Source: Pirellulales bacterium (GTDB lineage Bacteria; Planctomycetota; Planctomycetia; Pirellulales; UBA1268). From it: a DNA stretch of 64,000 nt. Numbering within the stretch: position 1 is the first letter of the stretch; every line of letters begins with the position of its first letter. The stretch spans positions 1,609 through 65,608 of the forward strand of contig JBBDNW010000177.1 in the NCBI GenBank assembly GCA_040877375.1. The letters are read 5' to 3'. Below, in pieces: positions 38,491 through 46,982 of the stretch. The notes below the pieces were generated by a model. The model had not been told where the DNA came from, searched no databases, and saw only the letters and a program-made list of their open reading frames with translations. Both the position numbers and the translations under genes were made by a program.

Positions 38491-40664
38491 GTCGGCGGGC
38501 AGTCTTGGGTGGCGTGATCGCGGTTTTCCTGTTGGCGGCGCATGCCGCCTGCCCGGTGTGTGGCGGCGATGCGACGCAACTTCACGTCACTGCGGGAATC
38601 GGCGGCGTGAGGCGGACGGCCGCGTGGACGCCCCTGGTCGTGTCATCCTCCGCTGAAGTCCTGCAACCGGGCGAGGTGATCCACGTGGCCGTCGAGGATT
38701 CGGAGGGCCAGTTCGTCCGCTCGCCGCCGATGGTCGTGATGGCCGACGCCACCGGCGAGTCGCGGGCGCGATCGTGCGTGCGGTTCGGAAGGCCCTCGGG
38801 CCGGGTGCGAGTCGAGCGCGGTGCCCCGGTCGGCAACGCCGCCGGCCCCGCGGTCGAGGAGGTGCGGCTCGGTGAGCCGATCCTCTCCACGGAGAGTGTG
38901 CTTGTGGTGTACGGCGACCTGCCGGTTGCGGTGCGGGCCGCCCGGCTCGTCGATCGTGAGCACGGGACGCAGACCAGGGTGATCGCCGTCGATCCGCGGG
39001 GTCGTTTCGTGGAGGGGGCGTTGGCCCGCGACTACGACGCTGCCGACACGATCATTGTTTGCGGCCGCGCGGTAGGATCGCTTCCCACCGACGTGGTCGC
39101 CGGGATCGACGCCTGGGTTTGTAGCGGCGGACGGCTGGTCTTCATTGCCGGCGGCTCAGCACCGCTGGTCGCCGGCATGGTCGGCACCGTCGCCGGATGG
39201 CTGCCGGGAACCTTCGAACGGATGGTGCCGCTGCGCCGGTTGGGGGCGATCGAGTCGCATGCCCGGGCAGACGGTCTCGCGGATCGTGTCCCTCCGACAG
39301 GCCTGATGGCACCGCTCTTTGGCACAGCGCGCGTGGACGGCGCTGGTGTCGTCGAGGTCGCCGCTGGCGAAGGCGCGTCGTCTGTCCCGCTCGTGGTACG
39401 GCGCTGCCGGGGCCTCGGCACGATCACCTGGCTCGGGATCGACATCGACGAGGAACCGCTGCGGGGCTGGAAGGGTTGGGAAACGCTCCTGTTCGCGATG
39501 CTCGGTGGCCGGACACGATCCGAGGGTGCAGGCGAGATGTTGGAGGGGTGCGTTGACCTCGCCGGGCAGTTGCGGGCGGCGCTTGATACGCTCCCGACCG
39601 GTGGCAGCGGCAAGTCGTCGCGGCCGGTCCCCTTCGAGTTGATCGCCGCACTGGGCATCATCTACGTCCTCTGCCTCTATCCGTTCGACTGGTGGCTGGT
39701 GTCGCGGGGAGGCCGTCCATGGCTCTCATGGATCACGCTGCCAGCCCTCGCCGCCGCATTCACGGGTGGAGCCTGGGCGCTGACGGCCTGGTGGGGAGGC
39801 GGAAGGCCGGCCGGAGCAGACGTCGCCGAGATCATCGACGTCGATGCGGTGAGCGGACAGGCCCGCGGTGCGTCGTGGACCGCCGTCTTCTCTCCCGACA
39901 ACAATGTGCTCGATGCATCAGCCGCCGTGCCGGCTGCCTGGGCTGATGGCGACGTGGCGGTGTCGTGGTTCGCCGACTCTGGCCGAGGCTTCGCCGGCGT
40001 CGAATCGACGGCCCCGCATCCCTCCCTCGCCGCCACCGACTACGGTTACGGCGAGTCGCTTGCGAGCCTCGAAGACGCCCCGCTCGCCGCCGCATCGAGC
40101 CGCCTCTTCGAGGCGGGATGGGCCGCGGTGGTGCCGTTGCCCGTCGTCACATCCTCGCTCCACCGGACGTCGCAGGGCACCTTGGGAGGCGGAGTCGCCC
40201 ACCACCTGCCTTTCGTTCTCGAGGAGTGCCGGCTTCTGCACGCGGGCTGGCTCTACGACGTCGGCACGTTGCGGCCCGGCGACCGCTACGACACCGAAAC
40301 CGGTAGGGGGCCGAGGTCGCTGGCCAGCGCCATCACCCGCCGTGCCGCGATCCGGGAGCGGGAGATGGCCCCGCGCTGGGATACCGCGTCGACCGACGTC
40401 GGCCGGATCCTCGAAGTGGCGGCTTTCCATGCCGCTGCCGGCGGCACCGGCTACACCGTCTGCGGTGCCGGTCGACTCGGCCGGCTCGACTTGTCGCCCG
40501 TGCTGTCGCTCGACCGTGCGGTGCTCGTGGGCGTGGCGGCCGCAGGAGAGCGGGGCACGACCTGGCACCTCGCGCTCGAGGGTGCTGGGACTATCGACGC
40601 GCTGCCCGCCACTGCCACGCTCTGTCGAATCGTGATCCCCCTCGCTGCGGAGCCAGTCCCATGA
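38487..40664 (+). CDS. hypothetical exported/membrane protein (725 aa)
   Basis: ATGA-coupled to the MazG-like gene. Signal peptide MSRRAVLGGVIAVFLLAAHA. Central TM helices (LIAALGIIYVLCLYPFDWWLV, WLSWITLPALAAAFTGGAWALTAWW). Confidence 0.6.
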   Translation: MSRRAVLGGVIAVFLLAAHAACPVCGGDATQLHVTAGIGGVRRTAAWTPLVVSSSAEVLQPGEVIHVAVEDSEGQFVRSPPMVVMADATGESRARSCVRFGRPSGRVRVERGAPVGNAAGPAVEEVRLGEPILSTESVLVVYGDLPVAVRAARLVDREHGTQTRVIAVDPRGRFVEGALARDYDAADTIIVCGRAVGSLPTDVVAGIDAWVCSGGRLVFIAGGSAPLVAGMVGTVAGWLPGTFERMVPLRRLGAIESHARADGLADRVPPTGLMAPLFGTARVDGAGVVEVAAGEGASSVPLVVRRCRGLGTITWLGIDIDEEPLRGWKGWETLLFAMLGGRTRSEGAGEMLEGCVDLAGQLRAALDTLPTGGSGKSSRPVPFELIAALGIIYVLCLYPFDWWLVSRGGRPWLSWITLPALAAAFTGGAWALTAWWGGGRPAGADVAEIIDVDAVSGQARGASWTAVFSPDNNVLDASAAVPAAWADGDVAVSWFADSGRGFAGVESTAPHPSLAATDYGYGESLASLEDAPLAAASSRLFEAGWAAVVPLPVVTSSLHRTSQGTLGGGVAHHLPFVLEECRLLHAGWLYDVGTLRPGDRYDTETGRGPRSLASAITRRAAIREREMAPRWDTASTDVGRILEVAAFHAAAGGTGYTVCGAGRLGRLDLSPVLSLDRAVLVGVAAAGERGTTWHLALEGAGTIDALPATATLCRIVIPLAAEPVP

Positions 40665-41602
40665 TCGAGACGATCGACCTCACCAAGAAGTACGGCGATT
40701 TCTTCGCGCTTGAGTCGCTCGACCTGAAGCTCGAGCAGGGAGATCTCTTCGGCTTCATCGGCCCCAACGGCGCCGGCAAGACAACGACGATCCGAATCCT
40801 CTCGACACTCCTGTCGCCGACATGGGGCGAGGCCTACGTCTGCGGCTATTCCATCTACACGCATCCGCGGGAGATCCGCCGGGCGATCGGGTATATGCCT
40901 GACATCTTCGGCGTGTATGACGACATGCGGGTGATCGAGTATCTCGAGTTTTTCGCGGCGGCGTATCGGATCGACGGGCCCGCGCGGCGGCGTGTGGCGG
41001 AGCGGTCGCTGGAACTCGTCGACCTCGTGTCGAAGCGGGATGAGCTGGTGACGAGCCTTTCCCGCGGCATGACGCAGCGGCTCGGCCTGGCCCGCGTGCT
41101 GCTCCACGATCCGCAGGTGCTGCTCCTCGATGAGCCCGCCAGCGGCCTCGACCCGCGGGCCCGGATCGAGATGCGAAACCTGCTCAAGCAGCTGCAGGGC
41201 ATGGGCAAGACGATCCTCGTCTCGAGCCACATCCTTCCGGAGCTCGCCGATATCTGCAATCGCGTCGGCATCATCGAGTATGGCCGGCTGCTCGCCTGTG
41301 GAGATGTGCAGGATCTGTTGGCCCGCGTCCGCGGCCGGCCTACGGTGAGGATCCGCGTCGTCGGGTCGCCGGAGGCGGCGGCCAAGGCTTTGGAGCGTTG
41401 CCCGGAGGTGGCCGCGGTGACGGTGAAGGACGGCGAGGTGGTGGTGGCGATCGCCGACGGCGTCACCGACCCATCGCCGATCGCGGCTCGGCTGGTCACT
41501 GAAGGACACGGCCTCGTCGCCATGCGGGAGCAGGACGTCAACCTCGAAACCGCATTTCTAGAACTCACCCGGGGATCGCTCGCCAAGCCGCCGGCTGGCT
41601 GA
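40661..41602 (+). CDS. ABC transporter ATP-binding protein (ABC-2/GldA-like subfamily)
   Basis: Walker A GPNGAGKTT, signature LSRGMTQRL, Walker B LLLDEPASGLD, H-loop SSHIL. ATGA-coupled start. Confidence 0.92.
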   Translation: MIETIDLTKKYGDFFALESLDLKLEQGDLFGFIGPNGAGKTTTIRILSTLLSPTWGEAYVCGYSIYTHPREIRRAIGYMPDIFGVYDDMRVIEYLEFFAAAYRIDGPARRRVAERSLELVDLVSKRDELVTSLSRGMTQRLGLARVLLHDPQVLLLDEPASGLDPRARIEMRNLLKQLQGMGKTILVSSHILPELADICNRVGIIEYGRLLACGDVQDLLARVRGRPTVRIRVVGSPEAAAKALERCPEVAAVTVKDGEVVVAIADGVTDPSPIAARLVTEGHGLVAMREQDVNLETAFLELTRGSLAKPPAG

Positions 41603-41682
41603 ACGACATGCCCATACGCGATGTTTTGTTATCTTTTCAGGAGCCGCTGCGGCGCCTGTCACGAGCCATTTGGAGGAGAGTC

Positions 41683-42435
41683 ATGAGGATCCTGCCGATC
41701 GTTTGCCTGGTGATCGTGGCCGCCGTCGGTGGCGGCCGGGCAGGGGCGCAGGAACGGCTCGCCACCCCGCCGCCGGCGGGTGCGGCCTCCGCCTCGGCGC
41801 AAGACATGGGCTACGCGATGGGTTTTCGGATCGGCCAGCAGATCCTCGCCGAACAGCAAGAGATCGGCTCGCCCGTCGATCAGATGGGGCTTGCCGCAGG
41901 CCTTGCCGACGCGGTGTCGGGTAAAAAGCCGCTGCTCGACGAACCGCAGTTTCGCGTCGCTATGGCGAGCCTCGAGGTGGCCATGCGGCGGCAGCAGGAG
42001 AGAATTGCCGAGCGGATGCGGGCGGCTGCGAAGACGAATCTCACCGTGGGCGGTGAGTATCTCAAGAAAAAGGCCGCGGAGCCGAACGTAAAGTCATTGC
42101 CCAGCGGCCTGCTCTACGAGGTGCTCAAGCAGGGCGACGGACCGCAGCCGACGCTCGACGATGTTGTCGTCGCCCACTATTCGGGAAAGCACATCGACGG
42201 CAAGGAGTTTGACGGGACCGACCCAGCCAGTGAGCCGGCGGAGTTTCCTCTGCGCGGCGTCGTGCCGGGCTGGCAGGAGGCGCTGCCCCTGATGAAGGCC
42301 GGCTCCACGTGGCGCATTCACCTGCCGGCGCCGCTCGCCTACGGTGCGCAGGGCTCGCCCCCCGCGATCGAACCCAACGAGGTGCTCGTGTTCGACATCG
42401 AACTCATCCGCAGCAAGCCCGCGCCGGAGCGTTGA
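41683..42435 (+). CDS. exported FKBP-type peptidyl-prolyl cis-trans isomerase (FkpA/Mip-like)
   Basis: GGAGGAG RBS lies before ATG 41683. Signal peptide MRILPIVCLVIVAAVGG. FKBP core VVAHYSGKHIDGKEFD...GVVPGWQEALPLMKAGSTWRIHLPAPLAYG. Confidence 0.9.
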   Translation: MRILPIVCLVIVAAVGGGRAGAQERLATPPPAGAASASAQDMGYAMGFRIGQQILAEQQEIGSPVDQMGLAAGLADAVSGKKPLLDEPQFRVAMASLEVAMRRQQERIAERMRAAAKTNLTVGGEYLKKKAAEPNVKSLPSGLLYEVLKQGDGPQPTLDDVVVAHYSGKHIDGKEFDGTDPASEPAEFPLRGVVPGWQEALPLMKAGSTWRIHLPAPLAYGAQGSPPAIEPNEVLVFDIELIRSKPAPER

Positions 42436-42437
42436 CG

Positions 42438-43658
42438 ATGCGGCCTACAGGGCTGGGAATCGCGCTGGTTGTGGTATGGGCCGTGGGCGTTGCCGCCGCT
42501 GCCGCCGGGCCGCAGGATGACGACTATGCCGCGGCCCGTGAGCGAATGGTCACTGACGACATCGCGGCGGGGGGCGTCAGCGATCCGCGGGTTCTCGAGA
42601 GCCTGCGGACCACGCCTCGACACGAGTTTTTACCCCCTGCGCAGTGGCCCCGGGCCTATTTCGACATGGCCCTGCCGATCGGGGAATCGCAGACGATCTC
42701 AGGCCCGTTCGTCGTTGCGTCGATGACCGAGAAGCTCGAACCGAAACCGGGCGACCGCGTGCTTGAGATTGGCACGGGCAGCGGATATCAGGCTGCGGTG
42801 CTGGCTCCGCTCGTCGCGACCGTCTATTCGATCGAGATTATGAAGCCCCTGGCCGACCGGGCTGCGCGGACGCTCAAGCGACTCGGCTACTCCAACGTCG
42901 TCACCAAGGCTGGCGACGGTTACCAAGGCTGGCCCGAGCACGCGCCCTTCGACGGGATCATCGTCACCTGTTCTCCGGAAGACGTGCCGCAGCCGCTGCT
43001 TGAGCAGCTTGCCGAGGGAGGGCGGATGGTCATTCCAGTCGGCGAGCGGTTCGATCAGAAGCTGGTGCGGATCACGAAGCGGCAGGGAGTGCTCGTCCGG
43101 GAGACACTCGAGCCGACGCTCTTTGTGCCGATGACCGGCGCCGCCGAGGAGTCGCGCCGAGTAAAGCCCGACGGCGGGCGTCCGGCGATCCGCAATGGCG
43201 GCTTCGAGCAGGCGGTCGACGAGGGTGAGTTGCCGGAGGCGTGGTACTACGCTCGGCAGTGCGAGCTTGTCTCGGACGGGGCAGGGGAGGGCACGCGGCA
43301 CCTGCGGCTGGCAAACGCCGAACCCGGCAGGCCCGCGCAGATCTTTCAGGGCTTCGCCATCGACGGGAGTCAGGTGTCTCGGCTGCGGGTAAGGCTGATG
43401 GTCCGCGGGCGGAAGCTGGTCGCCGGCCGAAGCGACGACGAGCAGCCGGTCGTAATCGTGAAGTTTCTCGACGAAGGTCGAAAGCGGTCGTCCATCATGC
43501 GGATGGGGCCGTGGAGCGGGACGTTTTCATGGAAACAGGTCGAGGAGGTCGCCGCTGTGCCGGCCTGGGCCCGCGAGGCGAGCCTGATGGTTGGCCTGGG
43601 GGGCGCCACGGGAACGCTCGACGCCGATCAGGTGGCGGTGTCGGCGGAGCCCCGCTGA
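42438..43658 (+). CDS. pcm: protein-L-isoaspartate O-methyltransferase with N-terminal signal/anchor and ~190-aa C-terminal extension
   Basis: QTISGPFVVASM, LEIGTGSGYQAAVLA and the GG..VIPVG pattern. Start taken at ATG 42438 (MRPTGLGIALVVVWAVGVAAAAAG), 2 nt after the FKBP stop. Confidence 0.85.
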   Translation: MRPTGLGIALVVVWAVGVAAAAAGPQDDDYAAARERMVTDDIAAGGVSDPRVLESLRTTPRHEFLPPAQWPRAYFDMALPIGESQTISGPFVVASMTEKLEPKPGDRVLEIGTGSGYQAAVLAPLVATVYSIEIMKPLADRAARTLKRLGYSNVVTKAGDGYQGWPEHAPFDGIIVTCSPEDVPQPLLEQLAEGGRMVIPVGERFDQKLVRITKRQGVLVRETLEPTLFVPMTGAAEESRRVKPDGGRPAIRNGGFEQAVDEGELPEAWYYARQCELVSDGAGEGTRHLRLANAEPGRPAQIFQGFAIDGSQVSRLRVRLMVRGRKLVAGRSDDEQPVVIVKFLDEGRKRSSIMRMGPWSGTFSWKQVEEVAAVPAWAREASLMVGLGGATGTLDADQVAVSAEPR

Positions 43659-43885
43659 GGCTTGCGGCGGGGATTCGGACCGGGAAACGGGATGTTTTCC
43701 CCTATTTTTCATGGTGATTTGCTGGCGGGTCAAGGAGGCGATGCTCCCAAGAATCCACCCGAAATATCTTTCCCAGCCTCCTTGCTTTGCCTAATCGACA
43801 AACTACTCTTGGCAAAGACTGCGCTCTAGCCCCTTGAAACCGGTTCGGGGCCGGCGACGTCTGACTTCGAAATATTAAAGGGAGA

Positions 43886-44983
43886 TTGATCGTCATGCTG
43901 GCTCAGAGTCGCTGGATCAGGATCGCGGGTGTGCTTTCGTTCGTCGCGGTTGTCGCGGCGGCTTGTGACGTGCAGGCTGGGTGGAATCATCGCTATCGCG
44001 GCTACGGTTCGTCCGGCGGTTCGTCCGGTGATTCTTCGGGTGGCTCGGCCGGCGGTTCGTCCGGTGGGAGCTTCGGCTCGTACGGCGGCGGCTCGTCTGG
44101 CGGCAGCTACGGCTCGTCCGGCTCGCACGGCAGTTGGGGTTCACACCACGCCCAGAAGCGGGCAATGCGGGCCTACCGCCATGGCAGCCATGGGTCGTCA
44201 GGCGGCAGCTACGGTTCGTACGGTTCCTCGGGCGGCTCAGCCGGTGGTTCGTCTGGTGGCTCCTCGGGCGGTTCGGCCGGCGGATCGTACGGCGGTTCGT
44301 ACAGTGGCTACTCGACATCGTCGGCCGTCCAGGGCTACTCCTCCGCGATGCCGATCGAGTCGTACCGCGCGATCAACGAGACTCCCTCGATGACCGGCGG
44401 CGAGATCATCGGTGTTCCCTCGGCGACGCCCAACTCACTCGACTCGACGTCGCGTGAGATGGTTCCGACCGACGGAGGCTTGCTCGTGGTCCAGGTTCCG
44501 GCCGAGGCCACGGTCTACGTCAACGGCTCGAAGACGACGTCGCAGGGTGGCGTTCGCCGCTTCCTGTCGCGCGGCCTCGTGGCCGGCCAGAAGTATGAGT
44601 TCGTGGTCCGGATGGCGATCGACGGCGGCAAAGAAGCGACCAAGGTCGTTTCGCTGACCGCCGGCCAGCAGTCGAGCGTGTCGTTCATGGCGGCTGCTTC
44701 CGATGTGAAGACAACCGTCACGCTGCGTGTTCCCACCGACGCCAAGGTCTGGCTCGCCGGCAACGCCACGGCCTCGACGGGCGAGGTTCGCACTTTTGAG
44801 ACATCGAGCCTGTCGAACGGCACCAGCTGGAAGGGCTATGAGATCCGCGTCGCGACCGTTGTTGACGGCCGCGAGCAGGCCGTGTCGAAGGTCATCGACC
44901 TCGCCGCTGGCGACTCGGTCGATCTGACGCTCGACCCGGCGGCCCGCGTCGCCTCGGCCGAGACCACCGCCTCGGTCAACTGA
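43886..44983 (+). CDS. TIGR03000-type (planctomycete) domain protein with G/S/Y-rich low-complexity region
   Basis: AAAGGGAG RBS. Signal peptide present. About 150 aa of (GGS/GSY)n. Two C-terminal domains with patterns LLVVQVPAEATVYVNGSKTTSQGGVRRFLSRGL..G.KYEF and TLRVPTDAKVWLAGNATASTGEVRTFETS. Confidence 0.75.
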   Translation: MIVMLAQSRWIRIAGVLSFVAVVAAACDVQAGWNHRYRGYGSSGGSSGDSSGGSAGGSSGGSFGSYGGGSSGGSYGSSGSHGSWGSHHAQKRAMRAYRHGSHGSSGGSYGSYGSSGGSAGGSSGGSSGGSAGGSYGGSYSGYSTSSAVQGYSSAMPIESYRAINETPSMTGGEIIGVPSATPNSLDSTSREMVPTDGGLLVVQVPAEATVYVNGSKTTSQGGVRRFLSRGLVAGQKYEFVVRMAIDGGKEATKVVSLTAGQQSSVSFMAAASDVKTTVTLRVPTDAKVWLAGNATASTGEVRTFETSSLSNGTSWKGYEIRVATVVDGREQAVSKVIDLAAGDSVDLTLDPAARVASAETTASVN

Positions 44984-45018
44984 TCGAGCAGCATACGGAT
45001 CGAATGCGTTTACACGAG

Positions 45019-45056
45019 ACTCCCGCGTGGCCCAGTGCCGCGCGGGAGTTTTTTTA
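45019..45056 (+). terminator. Rho-independent terminator
   Basis: ACTCCCGCG...CGCGGGAGT 9-bp stem followed by TTTTTTT, about 35 nt after the stop at 44983. Confidence 0.75.
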
Positions 45057-45061
45057 TGGGT

Positions 45062-45232
45062 GGGAGCAAGTGGCGGGCGTATTCCCCGCGCTCGCGCTTG
45101 GGGCTTCCTGGCGGTACCCCCAAAAAGCCCGGAGCGCGAGCGATGGGAATCCGGATAGCGACTTCGTTGGTTGTGAGGAGCGGGTTGGGATGGGGTACGT
45201 ATTCCCCGCGCTCGCGCTTGGGGCTTCCTGGC
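45062..45232. repeat. family A repeat: half element plus full REPIN-like doublet (inverted orientation)
   Basis: Core TTCCCCGCGCTCGCGCTTGGGGCTTCC at 45082-45108 and 45202-45228. Module 2 (AAGCCCGGAGCGCGAGCGATGGGAAT) at about 45125-45150. Confidence 0.85.
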
Positions 45233-45360
45233 GGTGCGACTGGCGCATTCGTCACGAGCGACCCACGCCGGAGGTCACGGACTGCATGGGAATCGCAACC
45301 TAAGGTTTCTTCGAGGGCGAGTGCAGCCGACCCGTTGGGCGGTCCGATTGCCTTCAATGG

Positions 45361-45978
45361 ATGCCCGTTGTCTTGGTGGCCACCCCCATGAACGCCCCAC
45401 TCCCGAAGCAGCCCGAATGGTCGACGGTGGCACGAGCCACGGCGACGGTCGCGCTGCTCGTCTGGCTCGCGGCTGTGATCGTGCCGCCGCTGGCCGGGCC
45501 CGCGCCGGCGAGCGAACTGGCCGGCTGGATCCTGCAACCGCTGCGGCCACTCGTCGGCGCGGTCTATCTCGGCCACGGCTACCGGTTCTTCGCACCGAAT
45601 CCAGGACCGGGCCATTCGCTGCTCTGGACGATGACGATGCCCGATGGCTCGACCCGAAGTGGCCGGATTCCCGACAACGTCGCCGACCGGCCGCGGCTGC
45701 TCTATCACCGCCGCTTCATGGTCAGTGAAAAGATCGCCGCGCTAGTGCCGCCATCCGACGCTCCCGCGGAGGTTCGCGAACAGGCACGGCGGGAGTGGCA
45801 GCCGCTCGTGAAGGGTGTCGCCGTCAATCTGCTTCGCAGGGAGGGCGGCCTGAGCGTGCGAATCGACACGGTCGAGCACTACCTGCCCGATCCCCAGGAA
45901 GTGATCTCGGCCGCGGTCACGAGTGACGCCGTGACGCCCTTGGGCACCTACGCCTGGGCGGAAAGGAGCGGGCCGTGA
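45361..45978 (+). CDS. hypothetical membrane-anchored protein, translationally coupled to the HTTM gene
   Basis: One TM helix (VALLVWLAAVIVPPLAG). GTGA overlap with the next gene. Start uncertain (ATG 45361 or 45388). Confidence 0.55.
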   Translation: MPVVLVATPMNAPLPKQPEWSTVARATATVALLVWLAAVIVPPLAGPAPASELAGWILQPLRPLVGAVYLGHGYRFFAPNPGPGHSLLWTMTMPDGSTRSGRIPDNVADRPRLLYHRRFMVSEKIAALVPPSDAPAEVREQARREWQPLVKGVAVNLLRREGGLSVRIDTVEHYLPDPQEVISAAVTSDAVTPLGTYAWAERSGP

Positions 45979-46982
45979 GGACCAACGACCACATTCACCA
46001 CACGAGCGCTACCGCAGCTCCCCGCGGCTGGTTTGCCGAATGGGCGGCCGGGTGGAATGCCTTTTGGTTCACTCCATGTGATCCGCTGCCACTGGCCGCG
46101 ATCCGGATCGCGACGGGCCTGCTTCTGACCTGGTCGTGCGTCGTCTGGCTGCTCGATGTCGATGCCTTCTTCGGTGACCGCGGCTGGATGTCGCCGACGC
46201 AGGTCTGGCGGATGAACGACCAGCCGTGGCAGTGGAGTTGGTACTTCGCAGGCTCGTCGCCGACGATGATTCGGGTGCTGGCCGGCGTGTCGCTGGCCGC
46301 CGCGGTCGCGCTCACGATCGGGCTCGCAACGCCGTTGGCGGCGGTGGTGTCGTTCGCGGGCCTCGTCAGCGCTGCCAATCGCGCCCCGCTCAATGTGTTT
46401 GGCCTCGACGACACGCTCGGGCTGCTGCTCGTCGGCCTGGTGATCGGGCCGAGCGGCTGCCGCTGGTCGGTCGATCGGCTGCTCGCCGGGGCAGAGCAGG
46501 GCAGGGCGGGGGAGTCGGCGGCCTCGGTCAGGGCCAATGTCGCCCTGCGGCTTATCCAGGTGCATCTCTGTGTCGTCTACCTCTTCTCCGGCGCCGGCAA
46601 ACTCCTCGGGGCGAGCTGGTGGGAGGGGACAGCCCTCTGGGGCGCGATCGCCAACGACATGTATCGCACCTTCGACCTACGGAGCCTCGCCCGGCACCCG
46701 CTCGTGATCAACGTCCTGACGCTCACCACCCTCTTTTGGGAGGTGGCCTACCCGGCGCTCGTCTGGCCCCGGCTCACCCGCAGGCTGTTTCTGGCGCTGG
46801 CGGTGGCGGTCCACTTGGGGATCGGCCTGACCATGGGCATGATGGAGTTTGGGCTGGCCATGATCACGGCCAACATGGCCTTTGTGCCCGCCGGTGTCTT
46901 CCGCCAACTCGTGCGTTTGTTCGTCCCGTCTGATTCATCCCCGTCCAGGCACCTTCCAGGAATCCCATCGAGACTTTCATGA
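45975..46982 (+). CDS. HTTM-domain (vitamin-K-dependent gamma-carboxylase-like) integral membrane protein
   Basis: AAAGGAG RBS. The N-terminal WNAFWFTPCDPLPLAAIRIATGLLL pattern and multi-TM topology are typical of HTTM. Confidence 0.6.
   Translation: MRTNDHIHHTSATAAPRGWFAEWAAGWNAFWFTPCDPLPLAAIRIATGLLLTWSCVVWLLDVDAFFGDRGWMSPTQVWRMNDQPWQWSWYFAGSSPTMIRVLAGVSLAAAVALTIGLATPLAAVVSFAGLVSAANRAPLNVFGLDDTLGLLLVGLVIGPSGCRWSVDRLLAGAEQGRAGESAASVRANVALRLIQVHLCVVYLFSGAGKLLGASWWEGTALWGAIANDMYRTFDLRSLARHPLVINVLTLTTLFWEVAYPALVWPRLTRRLFLALAVAVHLGIGLTMGMMEFGLAMITANMAFVPAGVFRQLVRLFVPSDSSPSRHLPGIPSRLS

Noticed and set aside
42309-42437. Track starts that extend pcm (42309), truA (47902), the small kinase (48723), pdxA (60371), cvpA (57420) and the DCTPP1-like gene (56334) upstream.
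   Set aside because: The extensions overlap the preceding gene or encode Arg-rich junk. Internal ATGs that coincide with stop/start coupling or an RBS give N-termini matching the families.
45004-45303. Small ORFs encoded by the intergenic repeats (45004..45303, 45054..45248, 8694..8945, 8737..8967, 58339..58563, 49728..49916), with recurring peptides FPALALGASW, RKPQAQARG and ARSASDGN.
   Set aside because: The recurring 'protein' similarity comes from DNA repeats read in both orientations and several frames. There are no RBS or start signals. They are repeat artefacts, not a protein family.
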